A DNA stretch of 64,000 nucleotides from Fimbriimonas sp. (GTDB lineage Bacteria; Armatimonadota; Fimbriimonadia; Fimbriimonadales; Fimbriimonadaceae), in assembly GCA_035550555.1 (NCBI GenBank), contig DASZPA010000135.1, positions 1,621 to 65,620 on the forward strand, read 5' to 3'. The notes beneath the pieces were generated by a model that was given only the letters and a program-made list of their open reading frames with translations, was not told the origin of the DNA and did no database searches. The position numbers and the translations under genes are program-made. Below are positions 9,317 through 19,326 of this stretch, one piece after another; within the stretch, counting starts at the first letter, position 1; the number at the start of each line of letters is the position of its first letter.

Positions 9317-9341
9317 CTGTCATGGATCTGCATGACACGAA
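9317..9341. promoter_or_regulatory. copy 2 of the conserved 25-nt element (CTGTCATGGATCTGCATGACACGAA), perfect dyad TGTCATG-N6-CATGACA
   Basis: Perfect 7-bp arms at 9318-9324 and 9331-9337, with an extra TCATGAC half-site at 9345-9351. It lies about 95 nt upstream of the usp-xfp-ackA operon start (9435). Confidence 0.45.
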
Positions 9342-9434
9342 GCTCATGACGATTAAATGGCGACTTGCCGAACCGGCCACTTCGGTCCAAGATTCCTTCA
9401 CTCACTTCAAGAAAAGAGGTGTCAGGAGACCGAA

Positions 9435-10319
9435 ATGCGAATACTGATTCCCGTCGACAACACCGACCGCCACCGAGCCGTTTTTGATTGCTTGTTGAGC
9501 ATGAAGTTCTCGGATCCCGAGATCAAGCTTCTCAACGTCGTTGCCCCTCTGCCGGCGGTCGACTCAGCGTATCAGGCCATCGCGTCGATCGATACGCAAG
9601 CCATGATCGACGCCTTGCGGGAAGGCGGGCAAGCCGCCTTGGACGTCGCATCGGACGACGCGCAAGGGAAGGGCCTCGCCACGACCACGCTTTTGGCTTA
9701 CGGCTATCCCTCTTCAACCATCGCGGAGACCGCAAACTCGTCGGTTACGGACCTGATCGCGTTTGGCGCCGCGCCAAAAGGAAAGATGGGCAGGTTCTTC
9801 GCCGGAAGCGTCACGCATAACCTGGCAAGCGCCGCCGACCAGAGCCTCTTGGTCGTCCGGACCTCCTACCATGCAAAGGACAAGGTTTCAGCCGTGTTCG
9901 CCACCGACCATTCGGATTACGCGAACCGGTGCCTGGAGAAGCTCTTGGCCTGGAAGCCCGCGGGGCTGGCGCACGTCCAAGTCTTAACCGCCTACGAGTC
10001 GTACGGCTATGAGCTTATTCAGGCCGGAAACACGGAGGTTGTGACGGCGGACGAAGTGGATCGCCTTGTAAAGAACCGCCTCTGCGAGAAGAGCGAGGCC
10101 GTGGCAAATCGATTCCGAGAAGCAGGGATCTTGGCAGATGTGTCCCTAGTCAATACCGATATACGTTCGGCGATCGCGGCGACCATGGCTATGACGGGGG
10201 CCGATCTTCTGATTTTGGGCGCCAAGGGCCACAGCATGTGGGAGCGCATGATGATCGGAAGCACGGCAGTCCACGAACTTTCGGCAGAGCCCTATTCGAT
10301 TCTGGTCATTCGAGCATAG
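9435..10319 (+). CDS. universal stress protein, tandem UspA domains
   Basis: '[11 protein letters not shown]' is a typical Usp start. AGGAGA lies at 9425-9430. The second half ends '[10 protein letters not shown]...GSTAVHEL'. The ORF extension back to 9357 was rejected. Confidence 0.85.
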   Translation: MRILIPVDNTDRHRAVFDCLLSMKFSDPEIKLLNVVAPLPAVDSAYQAIASIDTQAMIDALREGGQAALDVASDDAQGKGLATTTLLAYGYPSSTIAETANSSVTDLIAFGAAPKGKMGRFFAGSVTHNLASAADQSLLVVRTSYHAKDKVSAVFATDHSDYANRCLEKLLAWKPAGLAHVQVLTAYESYGYELIQAGNTEVVTADEVDRLVKNRLCEKSEAVANRFREAGILADVSLVNTDIRSAIAATMAMTGADLLILGAKGHSMWERMMIGSTAVHELSAEPYSILVIRA

Positions 10320-10321
10320 AA

Positions 10322-12724
10322 ATGAAATCTTCCCTCCTCGCGGAGCCTTTGCAAGAAATGCGGACGCCACTCTCCAAGAAAGACATCGAGAAGCTGGATT
10401 CGTACTGGCGGGCCGCCAATTATCTTTCAGTCGGGCAGATCTACCTACTCGACAATCCTCTGCTTCAAGAGCCTCTCAAGATTGAGCACGTCAAGCCCAG
10501 GCTCTTGGGGCACTGGGGAACAACCCCCGGGCTGAACTTCATCTACGCCCACCTCAATCGGGTCATCAAGGGGCGAAAGCTCGACGCTATCTTCATATGC
10601 GGACCCGGGCACGGCGGACCCGCGGTCGTCGCGAACGCCTATCTGGAAGGAACGTACAGCGAGATTTACCCGCGAGTCTCCCAAGACGCGTATGGGATGA
10701 AGGAGCTTTTCCGCCAGTTCTCGTTTCCTGGAGGGATTCCAAGCCACGCCGCGCCCGAGACTCCCGGATCGATCCACGAAGGAGGAGAGCTGGGGTACTC
10801 GCTCTCGCACGCGTTCGGTGCGGCCTTCGACAATCCGGACCTCTTCGTTTTTTGCGTTATCGGCGATGGAGAAGCCGAGACTGGACCGCTGGCGACTGGG
10901 TGGCACTCAGACAAGTTCCTGAACCCCGCCACCGATGGTGCGGTCGTTCCGATCTTGCACCTCAACGGGTTCAAGATCGCCAGCCCGGCCGTTCTTGCCC
11001 GCCTCCCGGAACAAGAGCTCGAGAGCCTCTTGAAGGGATACGGCTACGAACCTCTGTTCGTGGAGGGATCCGATCCGAGGCTGGTTCACCGGCAGATGGC
11101 GGTGACGCTCGATATCGTGGTCGACCGCGTTCGGCAGATCCAGCGTCAAGCTCGCGAAGGTGGAAGTCGGGAGCGGCCCCGATGGCCGATGATCGTCTTC
11201 CGAACGCCGAAGGGCTGGACCGGTCCGAAGGCCGTGGATGGCAAAAAGACCGAGGGCAATTGGAGGTCCCACCAGGTCCCGCTCACCGACCTGAAGAAGC
11301 CGGAGCATCTGAAGCAGCTCGAAGAATGGATGCGAAGCTATCGGCCCGAGGAGCTGTTCGACGAACAAGGAAGATTGGTGGAGTCGCTCCGCTGTGTGGC
11401 GCCGGAAGGCGACCTCAGGATGAGCGCCAATCCTCATGCGAACGGTGGAATCCTCCTCAAGGATCTACTGCTCCCAGGTTTCCGGAACTACGCTCTCACT
11501 CTGGAACGGCCCGGTTCGACGGTCAAGGAGAGCACGCGGGTTTTGGGCGAGTTCCTGCGCGACACGATGAGGCTCAACGCGCCGTCGAAGAACTTCCGGC
11601 TTTTCGGCCCAGACGAGACGGACTCGAATCGACTCTCCAACGTCTTTGAAGTCACGGGACGAGCTTGGATGGCGACCAAGGAGCCCGGCGACGATGCGTT
11701 TCTTTGCGCGGATGGACGCGTCATGGAGATGCTCAGCGAGCACAACTGTCAGGGCTGGCTCGAGGGGTATTTGCTGACGGGCAGGCACGGCCTTTTCTCG
11801 TGCTATGAGGCGTTCATCCACATCGTGGACTCCATGTTCAACCAGCACGCGAAGTGGTTAAAGGTCACGCGGCACATTCCGTGGAGGCGTCCGATTGCCT
11901 CTCTAAACTATCTGCTGACGTCCCATGTCTGGAGGCAGGATCACAACGGCTTCTCGCACCAGGACCCCGGATTCATCGACCATGTGGTCAACAAGAAGGC
12001 CGAGATCGTACGCGTCTACTTGCCACCCGATGCGAACACGTTGCTGGCCGTCGCCGACCATTGCCTCAGAAGTAAGGACTACGTGAACGTGATCGTCGCG
12101 GGCAAGCAGCCCGCCTTACAGTATCTGAATATCGACGACGCCGTTCGGCACTGCACGGCAGGCGCCGGAATTTGGAACTGGGCCAGCAACGACCAGGACG
12201 GCGACCCTGACGTGGTTCTCGCCTGTGCGGGAGATGTTCCCACCCTGGAGGCCCTCGCTGCCGTCTCGATACTGCGGGAGAACATCCCGGACCTGAAGGT
12301 GCGATTCGTCAATGTGGTCGATCTGATGGTGCTGCAGCCGACCAGCGAGCATCCGCACGGTCTTGCCGACAGCGTGTTCGACGAGATGTTCACCACAGAC
12401 AAACCCGTGATCTTCAACTACCACGGATATCCCTGGCTGATTCATCGCCTGACCTATCGTCGCAAGAACCATCCCAACCTTCATGTCCGAGGCTATGTCG
12501 AGGAGGGCACCACGACCACGCCGTTCGATATGTGCGTGCGGAACCGGATCGACCGCTTCCACCTGGTGCAGGACGTGATCGACCGCGTTCCGTCGCTCGG
12601 ATACCACGCAGCCCACCTTCAGCAGAAGATGCGGGACAAGCTCTTGGAGCACGAAGCGTACGTCCATGAGCATGGCGAGGACATGCCGGAGATCGCGTAC
12701 TGGGCTTGGCCAGATAACCTGTGA
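10322..12724 (+). CDS. xfp: xylulose-5-phosphate/fructose-6-phosphate phosphoketolase
   Basis: 800 aa. Phosphoketolase hallmarks '[18 protein letters not shown]', 'GHWGTTPG', 'EGGELGY' and 'GDGEAETGP' are present. ATG 10322 lies 2 nt after the usp stop. Confidence 0.95.
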   Translation: MKSSLLAEPLQEMRTPLSKKDIEKLDSYWRAANYLSVGQIYLLDNPLLQEPLKIEHVKPRLLGHWGTTPGLNFIYAHLNRVIKGRKLDAIFICGPGHGGPAVVANAYLEGTYSEIYPRVSQDAYGMKELFRQFSFPGGIPSHAAPETPGSIHEGGELGYSLSHAFGAAFDNPDLFVFCVIGDGEAETGPLATGWHSDKFLNPATDGAVVPILHLNGFKIASPAVLARLPEQELESLLKGYGYEPLFVEGSDPRLVHRQMAVTLDIVVDRVRQIQRQAREGGSRERPRWPMIVFRTPKGWTGPKAVDGKKTEGNWRSHQVPLTDLKKPEHLKQLEEWMRSYRPEELFDEQGRLVESLRCVAPEGDLRMSANPHANGGILLKDLLLPGFRNYALTLERPGSTVKESTRVLGEFLRDTMRLNAPSKNFRLFGPDETDSNRLSNVFEVTGRAWMATKEPGDDAFLCADGRVMEMLSEHNCQGWLEGYLLTGRHGLFSCYEAFIHIVDSMFNQHAKWLKVTRHIPWRRPIASLNYLLTSHVWRQDHNGFSHQDPGFIDHVVNKKAEIVRVYLPPDANTLLAVADHCLRSKDYVNVIVAGKQPALQYLNIDDAVRHCTAGAGIWNWASNDQDGDPDVVLACAGDVPTLEALAAVSILRENIPDLKVRFVNVVDLMVLQPTSEHPHGLADSVFDEMFTTDKPVIFNYHGYPWLIHRLTYRRKNHPNLHVRGYVEEGTTTTPFDMCVRNRIDRFHLVQDVIDRVPSLGYHAAHLQQKMRDKLLEHEAYVHEHGEDMPEIAYWAWPDNL

Positions 12725-13860
12725 AAGTTCTGTCGCTGAATGCCGGCAGCTCGTCGCTCAAGTTCGCGGCTTTCAGCGCGCAAAAGGAGGGTCAGGAGGA
12801 GATCCTTCGAGGCTCGATTGAGAACCTGGGGACTGACCATGCCCGTTTGAATATTTCAAGTTCCGGGGCTGCCGGCGGCGTGCCGGTCCGCACGCTGGGC
12901 GAGGCGGTCGGCCATGTGTTGAGCCTCGCTCCTCGGGTCGATGCGGTCGGGTGCAGAGTGGTGCATGGAGGAACTCGCTTTACTGAGTCGGCCCTTGTCG
13001 ACGACGGGGTCATCGAGGCCATCAAGGAGCTTGCCCCCCTCGCTCCGCTTCACAACGCCCACGACGTCGAGGTGCTAAATGCGGTCAGGAAAGCTCGTGC
13101 CGGAACGCCGGTCGTGGCGGTCTTCGACACGGCGTTTCACCGGACCCTTCCGGACTTGGCGAGACGCTATGCGCTGCCAGAGGGCTTGGACGAGGTTCGC
13201 AGGTTCGGCTTCCACGGCATTTCCTACCAGTACATTTCAAATCGGATGAAGGAGGTGTTGGCGGCGGGCCAGGACCGCTTGATCGTCTGTCACCTGGGCA
13301 ACGGGTCGAGCGTTTGCGCCATCAAGGACGGTCAAAGCATGGAAACCAGCATGGGAATGACCCCCTTGGAAGGCTTGGTGATGGGAACCCGCTCTGGAGA
13401 CCTGGACCCTGGGGCTCTTCTCTACCTGCTGCGCGAGAAGGGCATGTCCGAAAAGGAAGTGGACGATCTGCTCAACCGGCAGTCGGGTTTGTTGGGGGTT
13501 TCCGGCCTCTCATCCGACGTTCGCGAACTTGAAACGGCCGCAACGAACGGCAATCGGCAGGCAGCTTTCGCGCTGGATCTGTTCGCCTATCGGGTGGCAA
13601 AGTACGTGGGCGCCTATTCCGTGGTGCTGGACGGCTTCGACGCGCTCGTTTTCAGCGGCGGAATCGGCCAGCACTCCCATCGCGTGCGAAGCAGCGTCTG
13701 TTCCCGCCTCGCATCGCTGGGGGTGGGTCTTCCGGCCGAAGCCAATGACAGCAAAACCCTTTGCAGACTGTCGGTGGGACGGCCCTCTGTCTGGGTTGCG
13801 CGAACCGACGAAGAGTGGCAGATTGCCGCTGAGACGCGAGAACCAGCTTCGTTCCTTTGA
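12721..13860 (+). CDS. ackA: acetate kinase
   Basis: '[15 protein letters not shown]', 'GFHGISYQY', 'CHLGNGSSV', 'SGGIGQHS'. GTG 12721 overlaps the xfp TGA (GTGA). Confidence 0.93.
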   Translation: MKVLSLNAGSSSLKFAAFSAQKEGQEEILRGSIENLGTDHARLNISSSGAAGGVPVRTLGEAVGHVLSLAPRVDAVGCRVVHGGTRFTESALVDDGVIEAIKELAPLAPLHNAHDVEVLNAVRKARAGTPVVAVFDTAFHRTLPDLARRYALPEGLDEVRRFGFHGISYQYISNRMKEVLAAGQDRLIVCHLGNGSSVCAIKDGQSMETSMGMTPLEGLVMGTRSGDLDPGALLYLLREKGMSEKEVDDLLNRQSGLLGVSGLSSDVRELETAATNGNRQAAFALDLFAYRVAKYVGAYSVVLDGFDALVFSGGIGQHSHRVRSSVCSRLASLGVGLPAEANDSKTLCRLSVGRPSVWVARTDEEWQIAAETREPASFL

Positions 13861-13917
13861 GCTAAACTAGGAGCCGGGAGTTGCGAAGACAATCGGATGC
13901 TAGTCGACGACTAGCAG

Positions 13918-14568
13918 GTGAAAAGGATGGACCAGGCCCGCCCCAAGTTTAAGCTCTCCGATCGCGAGAGACAGCTCATCAACCTCGCAATCGCCGGGTC
14001 GACCGATACCGCCATTGCTCAAAGGCTCGGAATCAGTGAGGCGACGGTGGGCACCTACTGGGGCCGGATCCGAATTAAGCTGGGGCCGTACAGTCGAACG
14101 GAGCTTGTGGCGATCGTCCTTCGTTCCGAGCAGGAAGAAGCGCTCCAGTCGCTACGAGACGAGAACGCCCACTTGGTGCAGCAGCTGGAGGAGTCGGCCA
14201 AAACGAACGGCATCGAGTCGTCGTTTTACGAGCAGCTGATCGAGAACGCTCCGGACGCGATGATCGTCGTGTCGTCCGAAGGGAGTCTCATCGCCTCAAA
14301 CGAGGCCGCTCACGAGATGTTTGGGTATGAATCCGGAGCCATGAAAGGCATCAGCCTTCTCGATCTCATTCCGACCGAGCACCGCGAGGCCCATATCGTT
14401 CATCGAAAAGAGTACGTCGAAGATCCGAGGCGTCGCATGATGGGTGAGCACCTCCAAACACCGGCGCTTCATAAGTCGGGCCAAAGCTTTCCCGTCCGCG
14501 CAGCCCTTTCCGCCATTAACGCTGCCGACGGATTGGTCATCCTTTGTGCAGTACGAAAGGCTGATTGA
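13918..14568 (+). CDS. LuxR-type HTH (N-terminal) + PAS (C-terminal, FixL-like) regulator
   Basis: 'LSDRERQLINLAIAGSTDTAIAQRLGISEATVGTYWGRIRIKLG' is a GerE/LuxR HTH. It is followed by a coiled coil and then the PAS region 'APDAMIVVS...LIPTEHREAHIVHRKEY...HKSGQSFPV'. The start may be ATG 13927, preceded by AGGTG. Confidence 0.75.
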   Translation: MKRMDQARPKFKLSDRERQLINLAIAGSTDTAIAQRLGISEATVGTYWGRIRIKLGPYSRTELVAIVLRSEQEEALQSLRDENAHLVQQLEESAKTNGIESSFYEQLIENAPDAMIVVSSEGSLIASNEAAHEMFGYESGAMKGISLLDLIPTEHREAHIVHRKEYVEDPRRRMMGEHLQTPALHKSGQSFPVRAALSAINAADGLVILCAVRKAD

Positions 14569-14669
14569 TTCGGTAACGGTCTGCGAAGGGCAAGAATCTT
14601 GCGGCGTTTTGTTAAATTATCCGAAGCATTACAGACAAATCGACGGGCAGGTCCGATAAGGTCAGCATA

Positions 14670-15281
14670 GTGAAGTCGTTATCCAAGAGCGACCAAGCGG
14701 TGCTCCGTTTGCTGAGCGAAGGCAAACGCGATCACGAGATCTGTATCGAGCTTCGGCTGAGTCAGAAGGCGCTCGATGGCGCTGTGGCGAGAATTCAGGG
14801 GCGTGCGACGCACGAGTCTGAGGATGCCGCCTGGTTCTACGAGCGGGCCCTCCGGCGGCGCGCGGAAAACTCCCTCGCATCGTTGCACGCCCGGTTCGAT
14901 GCGCTCATGGAAGTACTGATGCACGCGGTGCTCGTGGTGGATGGGCGCACCGGCAAGATCAAAGAGGTGAACGAGGTCGCGTGCAGCCTGTTTGGCTATT
15001 CGCGCAGGGAATTCATCGGTTTGTCGGTGGAGGAGCTCGTTCCTGATTCACACCGGCCGCGCCACGTCGCCTATCGGCTGGGTTTTCTTTCGAGCGTTCG
15101 CAGACGCGAGATGGGATACCACCCGCCGATCCAAGGACTTCGCGCGGATGGGACCCTCGTGGAAATGGCCATTGCGCTGACAGCTACCCCGATCGACGAC
15201 GACGTCATGGTCGTATGCACGGAGTATCAGCGCTGGAAAGGCGGAAAAGAGACCGTCGAGAGAGCCTCTACCGGCCTCTAG
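14670..15281 (+). CDS. LuxR-type HTH (N-terminal) + PAS (C-terminal) regulator, paralog of 13918..14568
   Basis: GTG start. 'SDQAVLRLLSEGKRDHEICIELRLSQKALDGAVARI', then PAS 'LVVDGRTGKIKEVN...LVPDSHRPRHVAYRLGF...RADGTLVEM'. Same architecture as the upstream gene. Confidence 0.7.
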   Translation: MKSLSKSDQAVLRLLSEGKRDHEICIELRLSQKALDGAVARIQGRATHESEDAAWFYERALRRRAENSLASLHARFDALMEVLMHAVLVVDGRTGKIKEVNEVACSLFGYSRREFIGLSVEELVPDSHRPRHVAYRLGFLSSVRRREMGYHPPIQGLRADGTLVEMAIALTATPIDDDVMVVCTEYQRWKGGKETVERASTGL

Positions 15282-15384
15282 TCCGGCTTCGCTCCAGCCG
15301 TTCACCGACCCTCGAGTCTCCGGTTAAGACCCTGCAATGGGGGCATAGCTTATCTCGGCCCTAGAAAGCCTTCACACTGATGGA

Positions 15385-16644
15385 ATGAGCGCGGAGCCAT
15401 CTCGCCAAGTTCGGGAATCCGTCGAGGAGCTGTACCGTCAGGAAGGCGCGCGGGTCCTCTCGTCGCTGATCCGGCTTATCGGCGACTTTGATTTGGCTGA
15501 AGACGCGATGCAGGAGGCGTTTTCGGCTGCGCTTCAGCAATGGCCCAGCGTCGGCATCCCTGCCAACCCTCGGGCTTGGCTTATTTCTGCAGGACGGTTC
15601 AAGGCGATCGACGTCATACGGCGGCGAGCGCGTTTGAACGAAAGGTTGGAAGTGCTGGCGGCGCGATTGGAATCCGAAGCCGCTGAAATGACCGACGCCG
15701 GCATCGAGGACGATCGGCTGCGGCTGATCTTTACCTGCTGTCACCCCGCTCTGCCGGAGGAAGCGCAGGTCGCGTTGACCCTTCGCGAGGTCTGCGGTCT
15801 CACGACCGAAGAGATAGCGCGAGCCTTTCTTTCATCCGCGCCCGCGATCGCACAAAGGATCGTGCGAGCCAAAGCCAAGATTCGCGACGACAAGATTCCC
15901 TATGAGCTGCCCGATCCTTCCGAGCTGTCGGAGCGGCTTCAAAGCGTTCTGCGAGTCAGCTACCTCGTCTTTAACGAGGGCTATTACGCGTCATCTGGAT
16001 ACTCCTTGACTCGTCAGCCACTATCCTTGGAAGCGATTCGATTGGGCCGGCTCCTCGTCGAGCTTCTTCCCGAATCGGAAGTATTCGGCCTTCTAGCGCT
16101 GATGCTGCTGCAAGAGTCCCGCCGTGCCGCGCGAACTTCTCCCTCGGGTGATTTGATCTTGCTGGACGAGCAGGATCGCTCGCGCTGGAACGAGAACCTG
16201 ATTGCGGAGGGCCTCGATCTTGTTCAGAAAGCTTTCGCCTCAAACCGGCCCGGACCATACGGCTTCCAAGCTGCCATCGTCGCTGTTCATGCCGTGAGCC
16301 CAACCTCCGAAAAGACCGATTGGGCCCGGATCGTCTCGCTATACGATCGGCTCCTTGAGATCCATCCCTCTTCGGTTGTGGAGCTGAACCGTGCCGTGGC
16401 AGTAGCCATGCGCGACGGTGCGGCGCAAGGGCTCGTCCTCGTCGACGAGCTGCTGGCAAATCGAGGCTTAAGCGGATATGGATTGGCACACTCGGCTCGT
16501 GCAGATCTCTGCCGCCGGCTAGGACAAAACGAGGAAGCCGAGAGGTCTTACCGGCGCGCCCTCGAACTTGCCACTCAAGAACCTGAGAAACGATTCCTTC
16601 AGCGGCGTTTGGACGAGCTCTCGGTGGCGAAAACAAGAATTTAG
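15385..16644 (+). CDS. ECF-type sigma-70 family factor with long C-terminal extension (COG4941-like)
   Basis: Region 2 'DAMQEAFSAALQQWP...RAWLISAGRFKAIDVIRRR'. Region 4 'LTLREVCGLTTEEIARAFLSSAPAIAQRIVRAKAKI'. An approximately 230-aa helical tail follows. Confidence 0.8.
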   Translation: MSAEPSRQVRESVEELYRQEGARVLSSLIRLIGDFDLAEDAMQEAFSAALQQWPSVGIPANPRAWLISAGRFKAIDVIRRRARLNERLEVLAARLESEAAEMTDAGIEDDRLRLIFTCCHPALPEEAQVALTLREVCGLTTEEIARAFLSSAPAIAQRIVRAKAKIRDDKIPYELPDPSELSERLQSVLRVSYLVFNEGYYASSGYSLTRQPLSLEAIRLGRLLVELLPESEVFGLLALMLLQESRRAARTSPSGDLILLDEQDRSRWNENLIAEGLDLVQKAFASNRPGPYGFQAAIVAVHAVSPTSEKTDWARIVSLYDRLLEIHPSSVVELNRAVAVAMRDGAAQGLVLVDELLANRGLSGYGLAHSARADLCRRLGQNEEAERSYRRALELATQEPEKRFLQRRLDELSVAKTRI

Positions 16645-16744
16645 AAAACTTCAAGCCCTGGTGTCGATTTGCCGTGCATCCTGGCGACTACTAGCCAAGC
16701 CAGGGTCTTCCGTGCCCATTCGATCGAGGAAGAAACCAAAAACC

Positions 16745-17104
16745 ATGAAGTATCTGTGCCTTGGATATCTCGATATAAAGACCTTCGACAGCATTCCGGA
16801 AGCGGAACGGAGCGAGATCATGAGGGAGTGCTATGCCCAATGCGTCTCATTTCGAGCGACAGGCAAGGTGATCGAGGAGGAAGGGCTTCAGAGCGTGGAA
16901 CTGGCCAAGTCGATCCGGCCGCGAGACGGCAAGCCCCATGTGACCGATGGGCCGTTCATCGAGACGAAGGAACAGCTCGGGAGCTTCTTCATCGTGGAGG
17001 CTGAAAGCATTGAAGAGGCCGTCGAAGTCGCCTCTCTCCACCCGGCCGCAAGGATGGGTGAACAGTTTGGCTTCGGAATCGAGGTGAGGCCAATCCAGCA
17101 GTAA
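16745..17104 (+). CDS. YCII-related (DGPF) domain protein
   Basis: 119 aa from ATG 16745. 'VTDGPFIETKEQLGSFFIVEAESIEEA' is the YCII signature. The ORF extension to 16568 overlaps the sigma gene and was rejected. Confidence 0.8.
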   Translation: MKYLCLGYLDIKTFDSIPEAERSEIMRECYAQCVSFRATGKVIEEEGLQSVELAKSIRPRDGKPHVTDGPFIETKEQLGSFFIVEAESIEEAVEVASLHPAARMGEQFGFGIEVRPIQQ

Positions 17105-17212
17105 GAGGTAAATGTCCCGTGGTGGCGAGACCCGTGCAACAAGCTCGCCACCTCCAAGGAACCCTACTCGGTTCTTCCCTGTCCCCCAAATTGGACGACG
17201 CTGGGGCAAACC

Positions 17213-18958
17213 ATGGGAAAGAACTCTTCCGACATTCTCGTCGAGACGATGCTGCAATGGGGAATCGACACGATTTTCGGCATTCCGGGAGACGGAATCA
17301 ACGGCGTTTTCGAAGCGCTCCGTCAACGTCAAGACAGAATCCGGTTCATTCAAACGCGACACGAGGAGGCTGCGGCCTTCATGGCTTGCGGCTATGCCAA
17401 GTACACCAAGCGGCTCGGCTGCTGCATCGCGACCAGCGGGCCCGGTGGGATCCACCTGCTAAACGGCCTTTACGACGCCAAGATGGATCAGGCGCCCGTG
17501 CTCGCGATCACCGGCCAGACCTATTCGGACCTCCAGGGAACTCGTTTTCAGCAGGACCTGAACCTCTGCACCGTCTTCGAGGACGTCGCCTGTTACAACC
17601 AGCAGCTGATGAATCCGTCGCAGATGGAAACGCTCGCCAACGAGGCGTGCCGCTATGCGCTGAGTCATCGGGGCGTCGCCCACCTGAATCTGCCCGTCGA
17701 CTATCAGATGAAGGAGCCGGAGGGCGTTTCGAAGCATCGCCATGGACACGACACCGGAAGCGTCTGGGCGCCCCAAAGAGCGATTCCAGAACCAGAGCAG
17801 CTCGCCCGTGCGGCGGAGATCCTGAATTCCGCAAAACGGCCCGCGATTCTCATTGGCCAGGGCGCCCTCGGCGCCGCTCACGAGGTCGTAGCCCTCGCTT
17901 CCAAGATCGGCGCGCCCGTATCAAAGGCGTTGCTCGGTAAAGCGGCCATTCCAGATACGCACCCGCTCTCGATGGGCGGTCTCGGCTTGCTCGGCACCAG
18001 CCAATCCCAAACCGCGATGGAGCACTGCGACGTCTTGCTCATGATCGGAACCTCCTTTCCTTACATGGACTTTCTTCCGAAGCCCGGACAGGCTAAAGGC
18101 ATCCAGATCGACGATAAAGCCGATCGGATGGGTCTCCGTTTTCCCATCGACCTACCGCTGATCGGAGACGCGAAACTCTGTCTGCAGCAGCTCCTCCCTC
18201 TGATCGATCAGAACGAGGACCGAGAGTGGCTGGAGGGACTGCAAAGGGTTGCCGCGAGTTGGAAGAAGAGCTTGGAAGAACAGGCGCGCCACGAGTTCCC
18301 GATTCGTCCCCAGCAGATCGGGTTTGAACTGAACACCCTTCTCGACGACGACGCCATCGTGTCGACCGACTCGGGCACGAACACGACCTGGGCAGCCCGC
18401 TATCTCGATATGCGCGGGGACATGATGTTCTCCTGCTCCGGCACCCTGGCAACCATGGCTTGCGGGCTGCCCTACGCGATTGCCGCCAGAATCGCCTTTC
18501 CCGAACGGCAAAGCGTCGCCTTCGTGGGCGATGGCGGTTTCACGATGCTCATGGGCGAGTTCGCAACCGCGTGCAAATACAACTTGCCAATCGTCGCGAT
18601 CATTGTGAAGAACAACACATTGGGCCAGATCAAGTGGGAGCAGATCGTCTTCCTCGGCAATCCGGAATACGGGGTGGATCTTCACCCGATCAACTTCGCC
18701 AAGTTCGCCGAGGCGTGCGGCGGCCTCGGCATCTCCGTTGAGAAGCCCGAAGATTTGAGACCGGCGATAGAGAGAGCCCTCGCTTCGGGGAGGCCTGCTG
18801 TGGTGGAAGTAGCCGTAAACCCCTTCGAGCCCCCAATGCCCGCCAAAGTGACCCTCCAACAAGCTGAGCACTTCGCGGAAGCTCTGCTCAAAGGAGAGCC
18901 CAACGGCCCGCAAATCGGTCTCACGATCTTCAGAGACAAGATCGCCGAGCTGCTTTGA
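17213..18958 (+). CDS. thiamine-diphosphate enzyme, pyruvate oxidase / pyruvate:quinone oxidoreductase (PoxB)-like
   Basis: 581 aa. 'GIPGDGINGVFEAL...RHEEAAAFMACGYAK...SGPGGIHLLNGLYDA'. TPP-binding 'GDGGFTMLMGEF...NN'. Confidence 0.85.
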   Translation: MGKNSSDILVETMLQWGIDTIFGIPGDGINGVFEALRQRQDRIRFIQTRHEEAAAFMACGYAKYTKRLGCCIATSGPGGIHLLNGLYDAKMDQAPVLAITGQTYSDLQGTRFQQDLNLCTVFEDVACYNQQLMNPSQMETLANEACRYALSHRGVAHLNLPVDYQMKEPEGVSKHRHGHDTGSVWAPQRAIPEPEQLARAAEILNSAKRPAILIGQGALGAAHEVVALASKIGAPVSKALLGKAAIPDTHPLSMGGLGLLGTSQSQTAMEHCDVLLMIGTSFPYMDFLPKPGQAKGIQIDDKADRMGLRFPIDLPLIGDAKLCLQQLLPLIDQNEDREWLEGLQRVAASWKKSLEEQARHEFPIRPQQIGFELNTLLDDDAIVSTDSGTNTTWAARYLDMRGDMMFSCSGTLATMACGLPYAIAARIAFPERQSVAFVGDGGFTMLMGEFATACKYNLPIVAIIVKNNTLGQIKWEQIVFLGNPEYGVDLHPINFAKFAEACGGLGISVEKPEDLRPAIERALASGRPAVVEVAVNPFEPPMPAKVTLQQAEHFAEALLKGEPNGPQIGLTIFRDKIAELL

Positions 18959-19326
18959 TTGCCATCGCTTGAGGCCCTATCAGTTCGTCCTTGCACATCT
19001 GCAACACGCTCTCTCTCAGCACCGAAGGTGCGCATCATATGCAGCCTGGGGTGGGAGCGGCGAAGCCAGCGTAATCCCAGGCTAGATGCCGATCCAGCGA
19101 TGGCGCCGCAACATTGAGGCGGACTTTCAGTTCTTTGAACCTGCCGCCGCCTTTCCTGGGGTTATGCAGCTTCGCTGCGCCACCCCGGGCCGCATATGAC
19201 TCGCACCTTCGGCGCGGGCACGGCCTCGCAAGGCCAGACGTGGGGGGCAAGGTGGTTACGGTTGGCCGTAACGTAGGCGATTCGGTTCCTTGCCTCAACC
19301 CAGGCGATCGCCATCCACGATTTCTT

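Noticed and set aside
8229-10321. N-terminal extensions of the track ORFs 8229, 9357 and 10238
   Set aside because: The extensions start at non-ATG codons or overlap the upstream genes. Internal ATGs (8268, 9435 with AGGAGA, 10322) give canonical family N-termini (MRILIPVD..., MKSSLL...[19 protein letters not shown]).
13899-13915. GCTAGTC-GAC-GACTAGC hairpin after ackA as a terminator
   Set aside because: The stem is 7 bp with a 3-nt loop and no T-tract. It sits directly on the putative RBS/start of the next gene, so it could equally be a translational element. The evidence is not strong enough to call.
18959-19326. Possible decayed toxin/antitoxin or transposase remnant between the convergent poxB-like and DapA-like genes
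   Set aside because: Only fragmentary frames of 50-87 aa are present, without recognisable motifs. It is kept as a low-interest note and is not called as a pseudogene.
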